64,000 bases of DNA, taken from Thiotrichaceae bacterium UBA4486 (GTDB lineage Bacteria > Pseudomonadota > Gammaproteobacteria > Eutrophobiales > Eutrophobiaceae). Where the stretch lies: the NCBI GenBank assembly GCA_002389045.1, contig DGNS01000015.1:196217-260216 (forward strand), given 5' to 3'. A model generated the notes under the pieces. It saw nothing but the letters and a program-made list of their open reading frames with translations. It was not told the origin of the DNA and did not search any database. Position numbers and translations under genes: made by a program. The stretch's first letter is position 1, and each line of letters starts with the position of its first letter. Positions 46,742 through 55,861 of this stretch are shown here, one piece after another.

Positions 46742-47055
46742 TCTACAGTCTATCCGGAGATACAGGATTGTACCGGACCCGGACATGGCAGGCACGGTTT
46801 CGTGTACTGCCACGGCATCGGGTCGTGATGCGCTATGGACGGCGTATGAGGCCGGCTCAACGCTAACGCATACCGGCATTGCCCGTCACACGCCGCCGGC
46901 CGGGTCCTGCTCCCGATAATAATACTTTACTTCGCCCAAACGCTGACTATAGTTACGCACATTACAGCAGCGGTGCAAACAATGTATCGTAACAAAACAG
47001 TATCGGCCGGAGTGCATCCGGCAACCACTCCCGGTGTGCCTGCAGCGGCGCCCTC

Positions 47056-48144
47056 ATGGACAACCATGCCTGCGGCGCACGCCGGCCGCGGACACGCCTG
47101 AGTTTTACCCCGCTTAACCCCGTCATGTCCGATCCCATACCTGCGCGGAAGGCCGCTGCAGTCAGGCTCCGCTATTCGTTCAGGAAAATAATGACCGGCT
47201 CGGATCTGTCGCGGCGGCGCTTGCCGCTGATGTCCGCGATCAGCGAGGTTCCGGGTCCCGTGGTCTGGCTGACCGCCTGTGGACACGGCGATGAGGTCAG
47301 CGGCATCGTGGTCATTCAGGAAATTTTCAGACACATTCGCCGGCGCCTGTGCTGCGGATCCATTTTTGCGTTCCCGCTGATGAACCCGTTCGGTTTCGAG
47401 ATGGTGTCCCGGAACATCACCATGAGCAGTGAGGATCTGAATCGCTCTTTCCCGGGCAATCCTGACGGTACCCTGGGTGAACGTATTGCCGATCTCATCT
47501 TTACCAGCATTATCGATACCCGTCCCGACCTGGTTCTGGATCTGCATAATGACTGGATCGAATCCATTCCCTATGTATTGTTGGATCACCCGCCCGCTCA
47601 TGCGCACAGACAGGCTTACCGTGACGCCCGTTCCGCCGCGCGGCAATCGGGCATGTGCGTGGTCGTTGATGATGAAGAACTGCACAGCAGTTTGTCGTTC
47701 AACCTGCTGCTGAATGATGTCCCGTCGCTGACGCTGGAACTGGGCAAGTCGTATGTGGTCAGTGAATCGAACGTCAAACACGGTGTCGAGGCAATCGGTA
47801 ACATACTGGCTTCGCTGGGTCTGTTCGATGAGCGGAAAACGCCTGTCATGTATCCGTTGCCGGAGTGTTATGGCAAGGGCAGGTTACTTCGCTATAGCGA
47901 CAAGCCCTATGGTTCCAGAACCGGCATCATCCGTTTCCTGACCAGGCCCGGCGAAGTGGTCAGTTTCGGTCAGCCACTGGCCCGGATCGTCAATGCCTTC
48001 GGCCGTCACCAGGAAACCGTCACGGCCAATCACGATGCCCTGGTGCTGGGTCTGGCGGACTCATCCGCGGCATTCCCGGGCATTCCCATCATGTCTTTCG
48101 GTGTCCCTGAAGTTTCCGGCCGGAACGGCGTGGCCAGGGGCTAA
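47056..48144 (+). CDS. Succinylglutamate desuccinylase / aspartoacylase (AstE/AspA) family zinc deacylase. The start is uncertain.
   Basis: VWLTACGHGDEVSGIVV is the family's N-terminal H-x-x-E zinc motif. Confidence 0.6.
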   Translation: MDNHACGARRPRTRLSFTPLNPVMSDPIPARKAAAVRLRYSFRKIMTGSDLSRRRLPLMSAISEVPGPVVWLTACGHGDEVSGIVVIQEIFRHIRRRLCCGSIFAFPLMNPFGFEMVSRNITMSSEDLNRSFPGNPDGTLGERIADLIFTSIIDTRPDLVLDLHNDWIESIPYVLLDHPPAHAHRQAYRDARSAARQSGMCVVVDDEELHSSLSFNLLLNDVPSLTLELGKSYVVSESNVKHGVEAIGNILASLGLFDERKTPVMYPLPECYGKGRLLRYSDKPYGSRTGIIRFLTRPGEVVSFGQPLARIVNAFGRHQETVTANHDALVLGLADSSAAFPGIPIMSFGVPEVSGRNGVARG

Positions 48145-48148
48145 TCCC

Positions 48149-49213
48149 ATGTACCGGCAGGATCCATTCATAGATTTATTAAAAGCACTCATCCGCCAAC
48201 CCAGTGTTGTTGCCGCGGAGCATTCGTTTTTCAGGGTTCTGCAAAGAGAACTCGAGGAACGCGGAGCGAAGGTGACGTGGTACGAAGGGCTGCTGGTGGC
48301 CCAGGGGCGGCGGCCCGATTCGGCCCAGTTTTCCGCACATATCGATCGTCACGGTCTGGTTTGCACGGGGCCGAATGAATTCCAGTATGCGGCGTTCGTG
48401 GCCGGGCACCGCTCCGACCTGCTCGGCAACTCGGTTTCGGAAAAAATGATGATGAAGATTGTTGACCGGTTCCGCTCGGTGCCGGTTATGGCCTACGAGC
48501 CGTGGTCGGGTACGTATCGCGGCGCCGGTATCATTACCCGTGCCTATGTCTGCGAATACCGTAAGAACCTGATATTCGAGGTCGAAGGACTCGAACACCT
48601 GGTGGCGGGAACGCCGGTGGCGTTTACTGATCGGCTCAGTCTGACCGACGGTTACCTGAGCGGCCAGCTCGATAACGTGCTTACCGCGGCCCATCTGGTC
48701 AATCTGTTCAGCCAGGGATTCGAAGGCACGGCTTTTTTCACGGCGCAGGAAGAAACCGGCAGCAGCTGGCGCTTCCTGCTGGAATGGTTCCGGCGATTCG
48801 GCGGCTCCACGGAGCGGTTGATCGTGGTTGATACCAGTCCCTACCCTGACCGCGAATCTGCCGGCCGGCAACAGGTCGTGCTGCGCCGGCGCGACGTCAA
48901 CGCCGGATTCCATCCGCAGACCACCGAATGGCTGGAGTCACTCTGTAGAAACAGTGGTATCAGCTATTCTTTCAAGGACGCCTGGATAGAGGCGAGGAAT
49001 CTGGAAGCGGCACGGTCCGGCAATGATATACAGTCACTGGGAAGCACCGAACTCGGTCGCATTGTCCAGGCATCGAACGGTTTCGTGCAGGGTGCAACGC
49101 TGCAGATCCCGACCACCGGTTATCACACCATGCAGGAGTCCTGCAGCCTGGAATCCTGTGAAGCCTTTAACCGATTGCTGTTAATGATCGCCGGGCTCGA
49201 GCGTGCTATCTGA
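48149..49213 (+). CDS. M20/M42-family metallopeptidase or deacylase-like protein. The start is reassigned to ATG 48149.
   Basis: 354 aa. DLLKALIRQPSVVAAE resembles the N-terminus of M20/M42 aminoacylases. The family assignment is tentative. Confidence 0.4.
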   Translation: MYRQDPFIDLLKALIRQPSVVAAEHSFFRVLQRELEERGAKVTWYEGLLVAQGRRPDSAQFSAHIDRHGLVCTGPNEFQYAAFVAGHRSDLLGNSVSEKMMMKIVDRFRSVPVMAYEPWSGTYRGAGIITRAYVCEYRKNLIFEVEGLEHLVAGTPVAFTDRLSLTDGYLSGQLDNVLTAAHLVNLFSQGFEGTAFFTAQEETGSSWRFLLEWFRRFGGSTERLIVVDTSPYPDRESAGRQQVVLRRRDVNAGFHPQTTEWLESLCRNSGISYSFKDAWIEARNLEAARSGNDIQSLGSTELGRIVQASNGFVQGATLQIPTTGYHTMQESCSLESCEAFNRLLLMIAGLERAI

Positions 49214-49348
49214 GCAGGGAATTCCGGAAGCACTGAACAGGTTCATCCAGGGCTTGTCCGGGCACGGCATAAAAAAGGTGATTTTATGTGTCTCCGGGAA
49301 TCAATCAACAATCTGGCCGCCAGGCCAAATCCATAAAGGGTAATAATT

Positions 49349-51256
49349 ATGAGTAGCAAATCAGCAAACAGGAATTCGTCACTGGTCAAGGTGCTGGGTC
49401 CGGTCGAAAATCTTGAGAACTATGTCAGTGCGGACTGGTGGCGGCATATCTTCAATGCCAACTATCTGCGCACCGATGGCGATGTGGTCGAGGATCCGGA
49501 AATCACTGCCAGGGAAATTGACGTGTTTATCGAGGCACTGGCACTGGAGCCAGATTTACAGATACTGGATCTGTGTTGTGGCCAGGGCCGGCATGCACTG
49601 GAACTCGCCCGGCGCGGTTATCAACATGTGTTCGGTCTGGACCGTTCCCATTACCTGATCAACCGTGCCCGCAAGCTGAACCGGCAGGTCGGCGCCAGCG
49701 TGCAATTCAGGGAGGGTGATGCCAGGAAGATGCGATTCAAACGCGACATGTTCGACGTTGTGATCATCCCCGGTAACAGTTTCGGATATTTTGAATCCCT
49801 GAAGGAAGACCGTCGTGTGCTGGAAGAGGTCAAGCGTGTGCTGAAACCCGGTGGCCGGTTGCTGGTGGATGTGACCGACGGTCAATACATGCGTGAGAAT
49901 TTTGAGCCGCGCAGCTGGGAATGGATCGACAAGAACTATTTTGTCTGTCGTGAACGCTCTCTTTCCAAAAGCGGTGATCAACTGGTGTCCCGGGAAGTGA
50001 TCACGCATGTCACCAGGGGTGTGATCGCCGATCAGTTCTATGCCGAACGGCTCTATACGCAGCAGGAACTGACCCGGCTGCTGAGCGACATCGGCTTCAG
50101 TGATGTTTCGGAACATACCAACCTGATGTCGGAGTCCAAGCGCAACCAGGATCTGGGCATGATGGCGCGTCGGATCATCATGACGGCGCGCATCGACAAG
50201 GACTGGGCGCCGGTCAGGGGCATACGCTCCGCTGAAACTGTCGTGGTCCTGCTCGGTGATCCGGGAAGAACGGATCGCGTCAAACCCAACGCCACGTTCG
50301 ATGAAGATGATTACCGGACCATTGACCTTCTGAAACAGGCATTATCCAGGGTCAAACAGTTTGATTTTATCTATCTCAATAACCACCAGAGCCTGTTCGA
50401 GGATCTGCAAAAACAACGCGGCAAATGCGCCTTTGTCTTCAATCTCTGTGATGAGGGCTATAACAACGAGGCATCGAAGGAACTGCACATCAGTGCCCTG
50501 CTGGAAATCCTGGATATTCCGTACACGGGCGGAACGCCGCAGTGTCTTTCCTACTGCTATGACAAATCACTGGTGCGGGGTATTGCCAACGAAATGGATG
50601 TGCCGGTTCCACGTGCGTTTACCATCAAGCCCGAAGATGTCAATTTTATCGAGTTCCCGCTGAGTTTCCCGGTCATCGTCAAACCGAACTTCGGTGATTC
50701 CAGTTTCGGGATCACTGCCAGCAATGTCTGCTATGACATACAGGCACTGGAGAACGCCATCATCCAGGTGCGTGATCGCTTCGGTTACGACAAACCGATT
50801 CTTGTCGAGGAATTTCTGTCCGGCAAGGATCTCAGTGTCGGCATTATCGGCAATCCCACTGTGGGGTATACGGTGCTGCCCATTATCCATGAAGACTATT
50901 CCGCACTGCCCGCGGGGCTGCCGCAGATATGCGGTTACGAGGCCAAGTGGGATCCGTCATCGCCTTACTGGAATATCAAATCCGTACCGGCCAATCTGCC
51001 CGAGGACGTTGAACGGTTTATGGTAGCCAGTTGCCTGAAACTGTTTGAACGTCTGGACTGCCGTGATTACGCGCGATTTGACTGGCGACTGGATGCCGAT
51101 GACGATCCCCGTCTGCTGGAGGTTAACCCGAATCCCGGCTGGTGCTGGGACGGCCACCTGGCCAAGATGGCGGCATTGCAGGGGATCGACTACAACGACA
51201 TGCTGAAAATGATCCTGGAAGCCTGCAAGGATCGTCTGGAGTATCAGAAAAACTAA
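49349..51256 (+). CDS. Fusion protein: an N-terminal class I SAM-dependent methyltransferase joined to a C-terminal ATP-grasp ligase (D-Ala-D-Ala ligase / RimK-like)
   Basis: 635 aa. Methyltransferase motif I is ILDLCCGQGRHALELARRG and the post-II motif is VLKPGGRLLVD. The C-terminus has ATP-grasp motifs (VIVKPNFGDSSFGI, and DYARFDWRLDADDDPRLLEVNPNPGW matching the Ddl E-x-N-x-x-PG motif). Confidence 0.6.
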   Translation: MSSKSANRNSSLVKVLGPVENLENYVSADWWRHIFNANYLRTDGDVVEDPEITAREIDVFIEALALEPDLQILDLCCGQGRHALELARRGYQHVFGLDRSHYLINRARKLNRQVGASVQFREGDARKMRFKRDMFDVVIIPGNSFGYFESLKEDRRVLEEVKRVLKPGGRLLVDVTDGQYMRENFEPRSWEWIDKNYFVCRERSLSKSGDQLVSREVITHVTRGVIADQFYAERLYTQQELTRLLSDIGFSDVSEHTNLMSESKRNQDLGMMARRIIMTARIDKDWAPVRGIRSAETVVVLLGDPGRTDRVKPNATFDEDDYRTIDLLKQALSRVKQFDFIYLNNHQSLFEDLQKQRGKCAFVFNLCDEGYNNEASKELHISALLEILDIPYTGGTPQCLSYCYDKSLVRGIANEMDVPVPRAFTIKPEDVNFIEFPLSFPVIVKPNFGDSSFGITASNVCYDIQALENAIIQVRDRFGYDKPILVEEFLSGKDLSVGIIGNPTVGYTVLPIIHEDYSALPAGLPQICGYEAKWDPSSPYWNIKSVPANLPEDVERFMVASCLKLFERLDCRDYARFDWRLDADDDPRLLEVNPNPGWCWDGHLAKMAALQGIDYNDMLKMILEACKDRLEYQKN

Positions 51257-51268
51257 CGCCGGGAAAAA

Positions 51269-51586
51269 CTAACGGCGGGAATCGGGCCGCCACTGAAAGC
51301 GGGATAACGGCACCCGGCCGTTGTCATCGAAGACAATGCCTTCGTCCTCGAGCAGTATGCGCTGGTATTCTTCGGCGCCGGGTTCGCGACGTGAGCTGAT
51401 CATACCGCGGGCGTTGATCACCCGGTGCCAGGGTAGCTGAAGATCCCCGGCTGCAGACAGAACCTGACCCACCAGCCGCGCCTGTCGCGGCAGGCCCGCG
51501 AGTGCGGCGATCTGTCCGTAGGTTGCCACCTTGCCGCGCGGGATCTGTTTAACGGCAGTGAGGATGTCGCGATATGAATCCTTCAT
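51269..51586 (-). CDS. Alkyltransferase-like (ATL) protein: an MGMT-family DNA-binding domain lacking the acceptor Cys
   Basis: 105 aa. It has PWHRVI where O6-methylguanine methyltransferases have PCHRV, and the rest matches the MGMT C-terminal HTH domain. Confidence 0.7.
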   Translation of the reverse strand: MKDSYRDILTAVKQIPRGKVATYGQIAALAGLPRQARLVGQVLSAAGDLQLPWHRVINARGMISSRREPGAEEYQRILLEDEGIVFDDNGRVPLSRFQWRPDSRR

Positions 51587-51600
51587 GGGTCGCGGACGGA

Positions 51601-51717
51601 TTCAGGGCAGGATCAATAGCCGCAGGCCATAGGCAAGAAGTGCGGTGACAACCAGGCCGGCGACGTACAAGCCGATGAACCAGAGCCATCGGGATTTGCG
51701 GTTTTCCTGATCCTGCA
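51601..51717 (-). CDS. Small hydrophobic protein (38 aa) downstream of cioB, a candidate cyd-operon accessory peptide (CydX/DUF2474-like). It is below the 60-aa ORF-track cutoff.
   Basis: Hand translation of the minus strand gives MQDQENRKSRWLWFIGLYVAGLVVTALLAYGLRLLILP followed by a stop: a basic N-terminus plus one TM helix. Its position after cioAB mirrors cydX / ybgT-type peptides. Confidence 0.35.
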
Positions 51718-51858
51718 TGTTGATTAGTTGTGATTCAGTAGTGAGGATATTGTTACTCTGTTATCCCGAACGGTGTCAAAATGACAGGATCGTGTCATCC
51801 CGAACCCGTTCGGCGATGGCCTCAGGGTAAACTCCGTGAGGGATCTTCTTCGAGACAT

Positions 51859-52896
51859 TCAATGTGAATATCCGGAGTCCATGCGCACCTTGCCGCGAAA
51901 TACCCAGTACACATACACAGTGTAGGCGAGAATGGTGGGCAACAGGATCACTGCCCCGGCCAGTAACAGAGCCTGTGCATTCGGCGCCGCCGCGGCTTCA
52001 TAAAGTGTCAGTGAATAGGGAACCAGGTAGGGAAACAGGCTGATCGCGAGGCCTATGTAACCGAGCAGAAACAGCAGCACGGCGCAGAAGAAGGGTTTAT
52101 GCACGGTGTCGCTGCCGCGAATGGCCCTGAACATGGTCATACCGGTCACGGCGACGAGGATCGGGATGGGCGACAATGGCAGCAGCCGCGACCAGTCGAT
52201 ATGCGGATAATCTATGCCCCAGCGCATGGCGGCATTGGCATCCAGTAACGGCACCCAGAGACTGACGATGATCATGCACAGCAAGACCACAAACATTGAA
52301 ACCAGGGCCAGTTGCCTGGACCATTGCTGCAGACCGTTTTCAGTTTTGATGATCAGCCAGGTGCTGCCGAGCAGTGCATAGCCCCAGACCAGCGCACAAC
52401 CGGTAAAGAAGCTGAACGGCGTCAGCCAGCCGTACATATCCCCGGCAAAACGGCCGTTCTCCAGTTCAATACCCTGAACGAGCGCTCCGAGGATCAGGCC
52501 CTGACTGAAAGCGGCAACCACCGAACCCCAGTGAAAGGCCTGGTCCCAGACCCGTTTCAGGATGCCTTCGGACTTGAAACGAAACTCGAAAGCGACGCCG
52601 CGGAAGATCAGCGCCACCAGCATGAAGCCGATGGGCATGTATACGGCGGGTAACAGTGCGGCGTAGGCCTTGGGGAAAACCGCGAACAGGCCGCCGCCGC
52701 CAAGCACCAGCCAGGTCTCGTTGCCGTCCCACACCGGTGCCACCGAGGTCATCATGACATCACGATCATGATCGGAAGGCGCAAAGGGAAACAGAATGCC
52801 GAGACCGAGATCGAAACCGTCCAGCAGTACGTACATGAAGACGGCGAGGGCCAGCAGGCCGGCCCAGATCAGGGGCAGATTGAGTGATTCCATCAT
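51859..52896 (-). CDS. cioB: Cytochrome bd-type (cyanide-insensitive) ubiquinol oxidase subunit II
   Basis: 345 aa polytopic membrane protein of the CydB family, directly downstream of subunit I. Confidence 0.8.
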   Translation of the reverse strand: MMESLNLPLIWAGLLALAVFMYVLLDGFDLGLGILFPFAPSDHDRDVMMTSVAPVWDGNETWLVLGGGGLFAVFPKAYAALLPAVYMPIGFMLVALIFRGVAFEFRFKSEGILKRVWDQAFHWGSVVAAFSQGLILGALVQGIELENGRFAGDMYGWLTPFSFFTGCALVWGYALLGSTWLIIKTENGLQQWSRQLALVSMFVVLLCMIIVSLWVPLLDANAAMRWGIDYPHIDWSRLLPLSPIPILVAVTGMTMFRAIRGSDTVHKPFFCAVLLFLLGYIGLAISLFPYLVPYSLTLYEAAAAPNAQALLLAGAVILLPTILAYTVYVYWVFRGKVRMDSGYSH

Positions 52897-52897
52897 G

Positions 52898-54319
52898 TCA
52901 GGTTTCCGCCGGGCGAGGTTTTTTAATCAGTGAATGCTCGTAGCCGGAAATGGTCAGGTTGCTGGCCATAATGGGTTCGGCTTCAAGACCATCATCCGGG
53001 TCCGGTTCCAGCGGACCTTTCCAGGCCAGCTTGAACAGGTAATAAACGCCGGCGGTGAATATGATGGCATAGACGAAGATAAAAATAGTCAGGGACATAC
53101 CTACGGCCCCGGCGGTCACCGGTGAGACGGAATCCGCGGTCCGCAACAGGCCGTAGACGGTATACGGCTGCCGTCCCACTTCCGCGGTAAACCAGCCGGC
53201 GATGACGGCAACGAATCCCGAGGGGCCCATGACGAAACAGGCCTTCTGGTAAATGATGTTGTCGGTCAGCCTGCCGGTACGCATCAGGTACAGACCTGTA
53301 AATGCAAGCAACAGCATGAGCATACCGATCCCGACCATGATGCGAAAACTCCAGAATACCGTGGCCACCGGTGGCCGTTCTTCCCGCGGCCATTCTTTCA
53401 GGCCCTTGATCTCGGCATTCAGATCATGAGCCACCACCAGGCTGCCCAGCTTGGGAATGGCAATCTCGTAATCATTGGTTTCCTTTTCCTCGTTCGGGAT
53501 ACCGAACAGGATCATCGGCGCGCCCTGATGCGTTTCCCAGTGACCCTCCATGGCGGCCAGTTTGACGGGTTGATGTTCATGAACGTTCACGCCATGCGAA
53601 TGTCCGGCTGCGATCTGCAGGGGCGTGACGATGGCCGTGAAAACAATGCCCATCCGGAACATGAGCACATTGGCCGGTGTCTTGTTGTTTCTCAGTAATT
53701 GCAGTGCCGCGACCGAAGTTACCACGAAGCCGGTGGTCAGGTACGCAGCCAGCACCATGTGTACTAACCGGTAGGGAAAGGACGGATTGAAGATCACTTC
53801 CATCCAGCTGGTGGCGTAAAAGATGCCGTCACGGATTTCGTAACCGGCCGGTGTATGCATCCAACTGTTGGCGGCCAGGATCCAGAAGGCCGAAATCAGG
53901 GTACCGACGGCAACGATGCAGGTCGAGGCAAAATGCAGTTTACGCCCAACGCGGTTCCAGCCGAACAGCATGATGGCCAGAAACGAGGCTTCCAGAAAAA
54001 ACGCGGTCATCACCTCGTAGCCAAGCAGCGGGCCCAGCACGTTGCCGGTTTTCTCGGCGAACAGGCTCCAGTTGGTGCCGAACTGGTAGCTCATGACCAC
54101 GCCCGATACCACGCCCATGCCGAAGGATATGGCGAAAATCTTTACCCAGAAGCGGTAGAGATTGAGGTAGATGTCCTTTCCGGTTTTCAGCCACAGGCCT
54201 TCCAGGAAAGCCAGGTAACTGGCAAGGCCGATGGTGAAGGCAGGAAAGATAATATGAAAGGAGACCACGAATGCGAACTGGATCCGCGCCAGCATGAGCA
54301 TGTCGAGTGTCCCGGTCAT
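52898..54319 (-). CDS. cioA: Cytochrome bd-type ubiquinol oxidase subunit I (short Q-loop, CioA-type)
   Basis: 473 aa with the CydA conserved N-terminus (FAFVVSFHIIFPAFTIGLA) and haem-ligand region. The length indicates the short Q-loop Cio subtype. Confidence 0.85.
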   Translation of the reverse strand: MTGTLDMLMLARIQFAFVVSFHIIFPAFTIGLASYLAFLEGLWLKTGKDIYLNLYRFWVKIFAISFGMGVVSGVVMSYQFGTNWSLFAEKTGNVLGPLLGYEVMTAFFLEASFLAIMLFGWNRVGRKLHFASTCIVAVGTLISAFWILAANSWMHTPAGYEIRDGIFYATSWMEVIFNPSFPYRLVHMVLAAYLTTGFVVTSVAALQLLRNNKTPANVLMFRMGIVFTAIVTPLQIAAGHSHGVNVHEHQPVKLAAMEGHWETHQGAPMILFGIPNEEKETNDYEIAIPKLGSLVVAHDLNAEIKGLKEWPREERPPVATVFWSFRIMVGIGMLMLLLAFTGLYLMRTGRLTDNIIYQKACFVMGPSGFVAVIAGWFTAEVGRQPYTVYGLLRTADSVSPVTAGAVGMSLTIFIFVYAIIFTAGVYYLFKLAWKGPLEPDPDDGLEAEPIMASNLTISGYEHSLIKKPRPAET

Positions 54320-54379
54320 AGTCGTTACCTCGTCCTCTGCCTGTTGTATCCGCCTGTTGCAGCGGGTCTGGCCCGACGG

Positions 54380-55243
54380 TTACCGTACCCGGTAACCGAG
54401 CAGGGTATTGTTGTTCATCATCGGCAATACTATCACCGAGTCATTTTCCATGTATTCATGATCGGCCATGCCCTGTTCCAGTTCGAGCAACAGCGTGGCA
54501 TTGCCTGCGCGATCGATGCGATAGAGTTTACCGGCCATCCAGTCGGTTACATAGAAATCACCGCCCACCGGTTCGACGCCGTCAAGGTTGCCGACAGGGC
54601 TACCGCTGCCAAGGCTGTTGATGCTTTTATCCTCGAGGTTAACAGTTTTCAGGTGTCCCGGCACTTCGGTGGCAAAACCATCGGTCATGACGCCCCAGGC
54701 GCCGACGATCAACTGACCGTTTTCGGCATGCAGGCCGTTGGGATTTTCCAGCGCGGCATCCTCCAGCCAGACGCTGAAACTGCCGTTATCGAGCACATGG
54801 ATGCGGTTGGTGACCATATCGGAAACGAAGACCCGGCCGTCCGCGGCAGCGGTAACATCGTTGAGAAATTGTGCATTGCTGTCGGTCCAGGTGTTGCTGA
54901 TCACGGCGCCGGCGATATCAATTTCCACCAGGCTGTCGATGTCGGCCACGTAGAGGCGGCCATTGTGCAAGGCCAGACCCTTGGGCGCATCCAGGCCTGT
55001 AACCCAGTTCAGTTCAAGCATCTCGCCCGTGGGTGAGACTCTGGAGATAAAGCCGTTGCCGTCTTTGGCATCCGCGGCGCCGTTGACGTTGGAGACGTAG
55101 AGTGCTTCGCCGGCCGGATCATAAACAACGGATTCGGGATTGCTCAGTCCTGCCAGTTCCCAGATCCTGACCGGTTCCGCGGCCTGTACTGTGGCAGGGA
55201 GGATGCCGAGTATCAGAATAATGTTGTAGATAAATCGTTGCAT
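54380..55243 (-). CDS. Secreted beta-propeller protein (SMP-30/gluconolactonase/LRE-like or NHL-type repeats)
   Basis: 287 aa with a signal peptide and repeated L/V-x-V-x-D...G-x-hydrophobic blade patterns. Confidence 0.4.
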   Translation of the reverse strand: MQRFIYNIILILGILPATVQAAEPVRIWELAGLSNPESVVYDPAGEALYVSNVNGAADAKDGNGFISRVSPTGEMLELNWVTGLDAPKGLALHNGRLYVADIDSLVEIDIAGAVISNTWTDSNAQFLNDVTAAADGRVFVSDMVTNRIHVLDNGSFSVWLEDAALENPNGLHAENGQLIVGAWGVMTDGFATEVPGHLKTVNLEDKSINSLGSGSPVGNLDGVEPVGGDFYVTDWMAGKLYRIDRAGNATLLLELEQGMADHEYMENDSVIVLPMMNNNTLLGYRVR

Positions 55244-55356
55244 GGTAGTGGCTCCTTTGGGTTACAGCTTCAAATCGTACTACTGTTCCTTTACCAAGGG
55301 AAGGGGTTCATTAGTAGTTTGTTACTTCAGTGTGAATCGAGTTCATGGACTTCCGG

Positions 55357-55731
55357 TTAACGGATTGTTTCCTGACCGGGATGTTCCAGGGTTTCCAGTA
55401 CAAAATTATAGATGAATGCCGGCAATTCCTGGCCCGTATCACGAATGATCTTCTGCACACCACTGTAATCGACCCGACCGTTCTGCACCAGGATGGGTGA
55501 TTTTTTCATCTTCATGACCTTCTCCTCGCCGTCGTCCACCGCGTGATGTGACAAGCCTTGATCGCGCGTCCACGTGAGGGCATGTTCGTTCTGGCCCTTG
55601 TTATAGCAAAGCTGGAAACGGAGAATGGATTCATCCTCAGCCAGCCATACAAACAGGTCCGTATTGTGATCCGTGAACCAGCGCTTCACAGGTTCGTTTT
55701 CTTCACTGATGACCGGTATTTCTTTGAGCAT
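55357..55731 (-). CDS. Hypothetical protein
   Basis: 124 aa with no recognisable motifs. Confidence 0.3.
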   Translation of the reverse strand: MLKEIPVISEENEPVKRWFTDHNTDLFVWLAEDESILRFQLCYNKGQNEHALTWTRDQGLSHHAVDDGEEKVMKMKKSPILVQNGRVDYSGVQKIIRDTGQELPAFIYNFVLETLEHPGQETIR

Positions 55732-55861
55732 GGTTGTTCTCGTCCGGGAATCCCTGCCTGGAAATATGATGTCTTGTCGGGGCCAATCGGTTTAACCTGG
55801 AGAGATCAATAGAGAGATCCCTCATGTTCATTCGGGACAAGGTCCGAAATGACAAGCCGCA

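Noticed and set aside
46927-47781. 284-aa minus-strand ORF overlapping the AstE/AspA-family gene
   Set aside because: It has no motifs and a GC-rich reverse-frame composition. The plus-strand frame has the family H-x-x-E zinc motif.
48179-50116. Minus-strand ORFs 48179..48913 and 49556..50116
   Set aside because: They are antisense to the M20/M42-like gene and to the methyltransferase domain, which carries canonical SAM-binding motifs.
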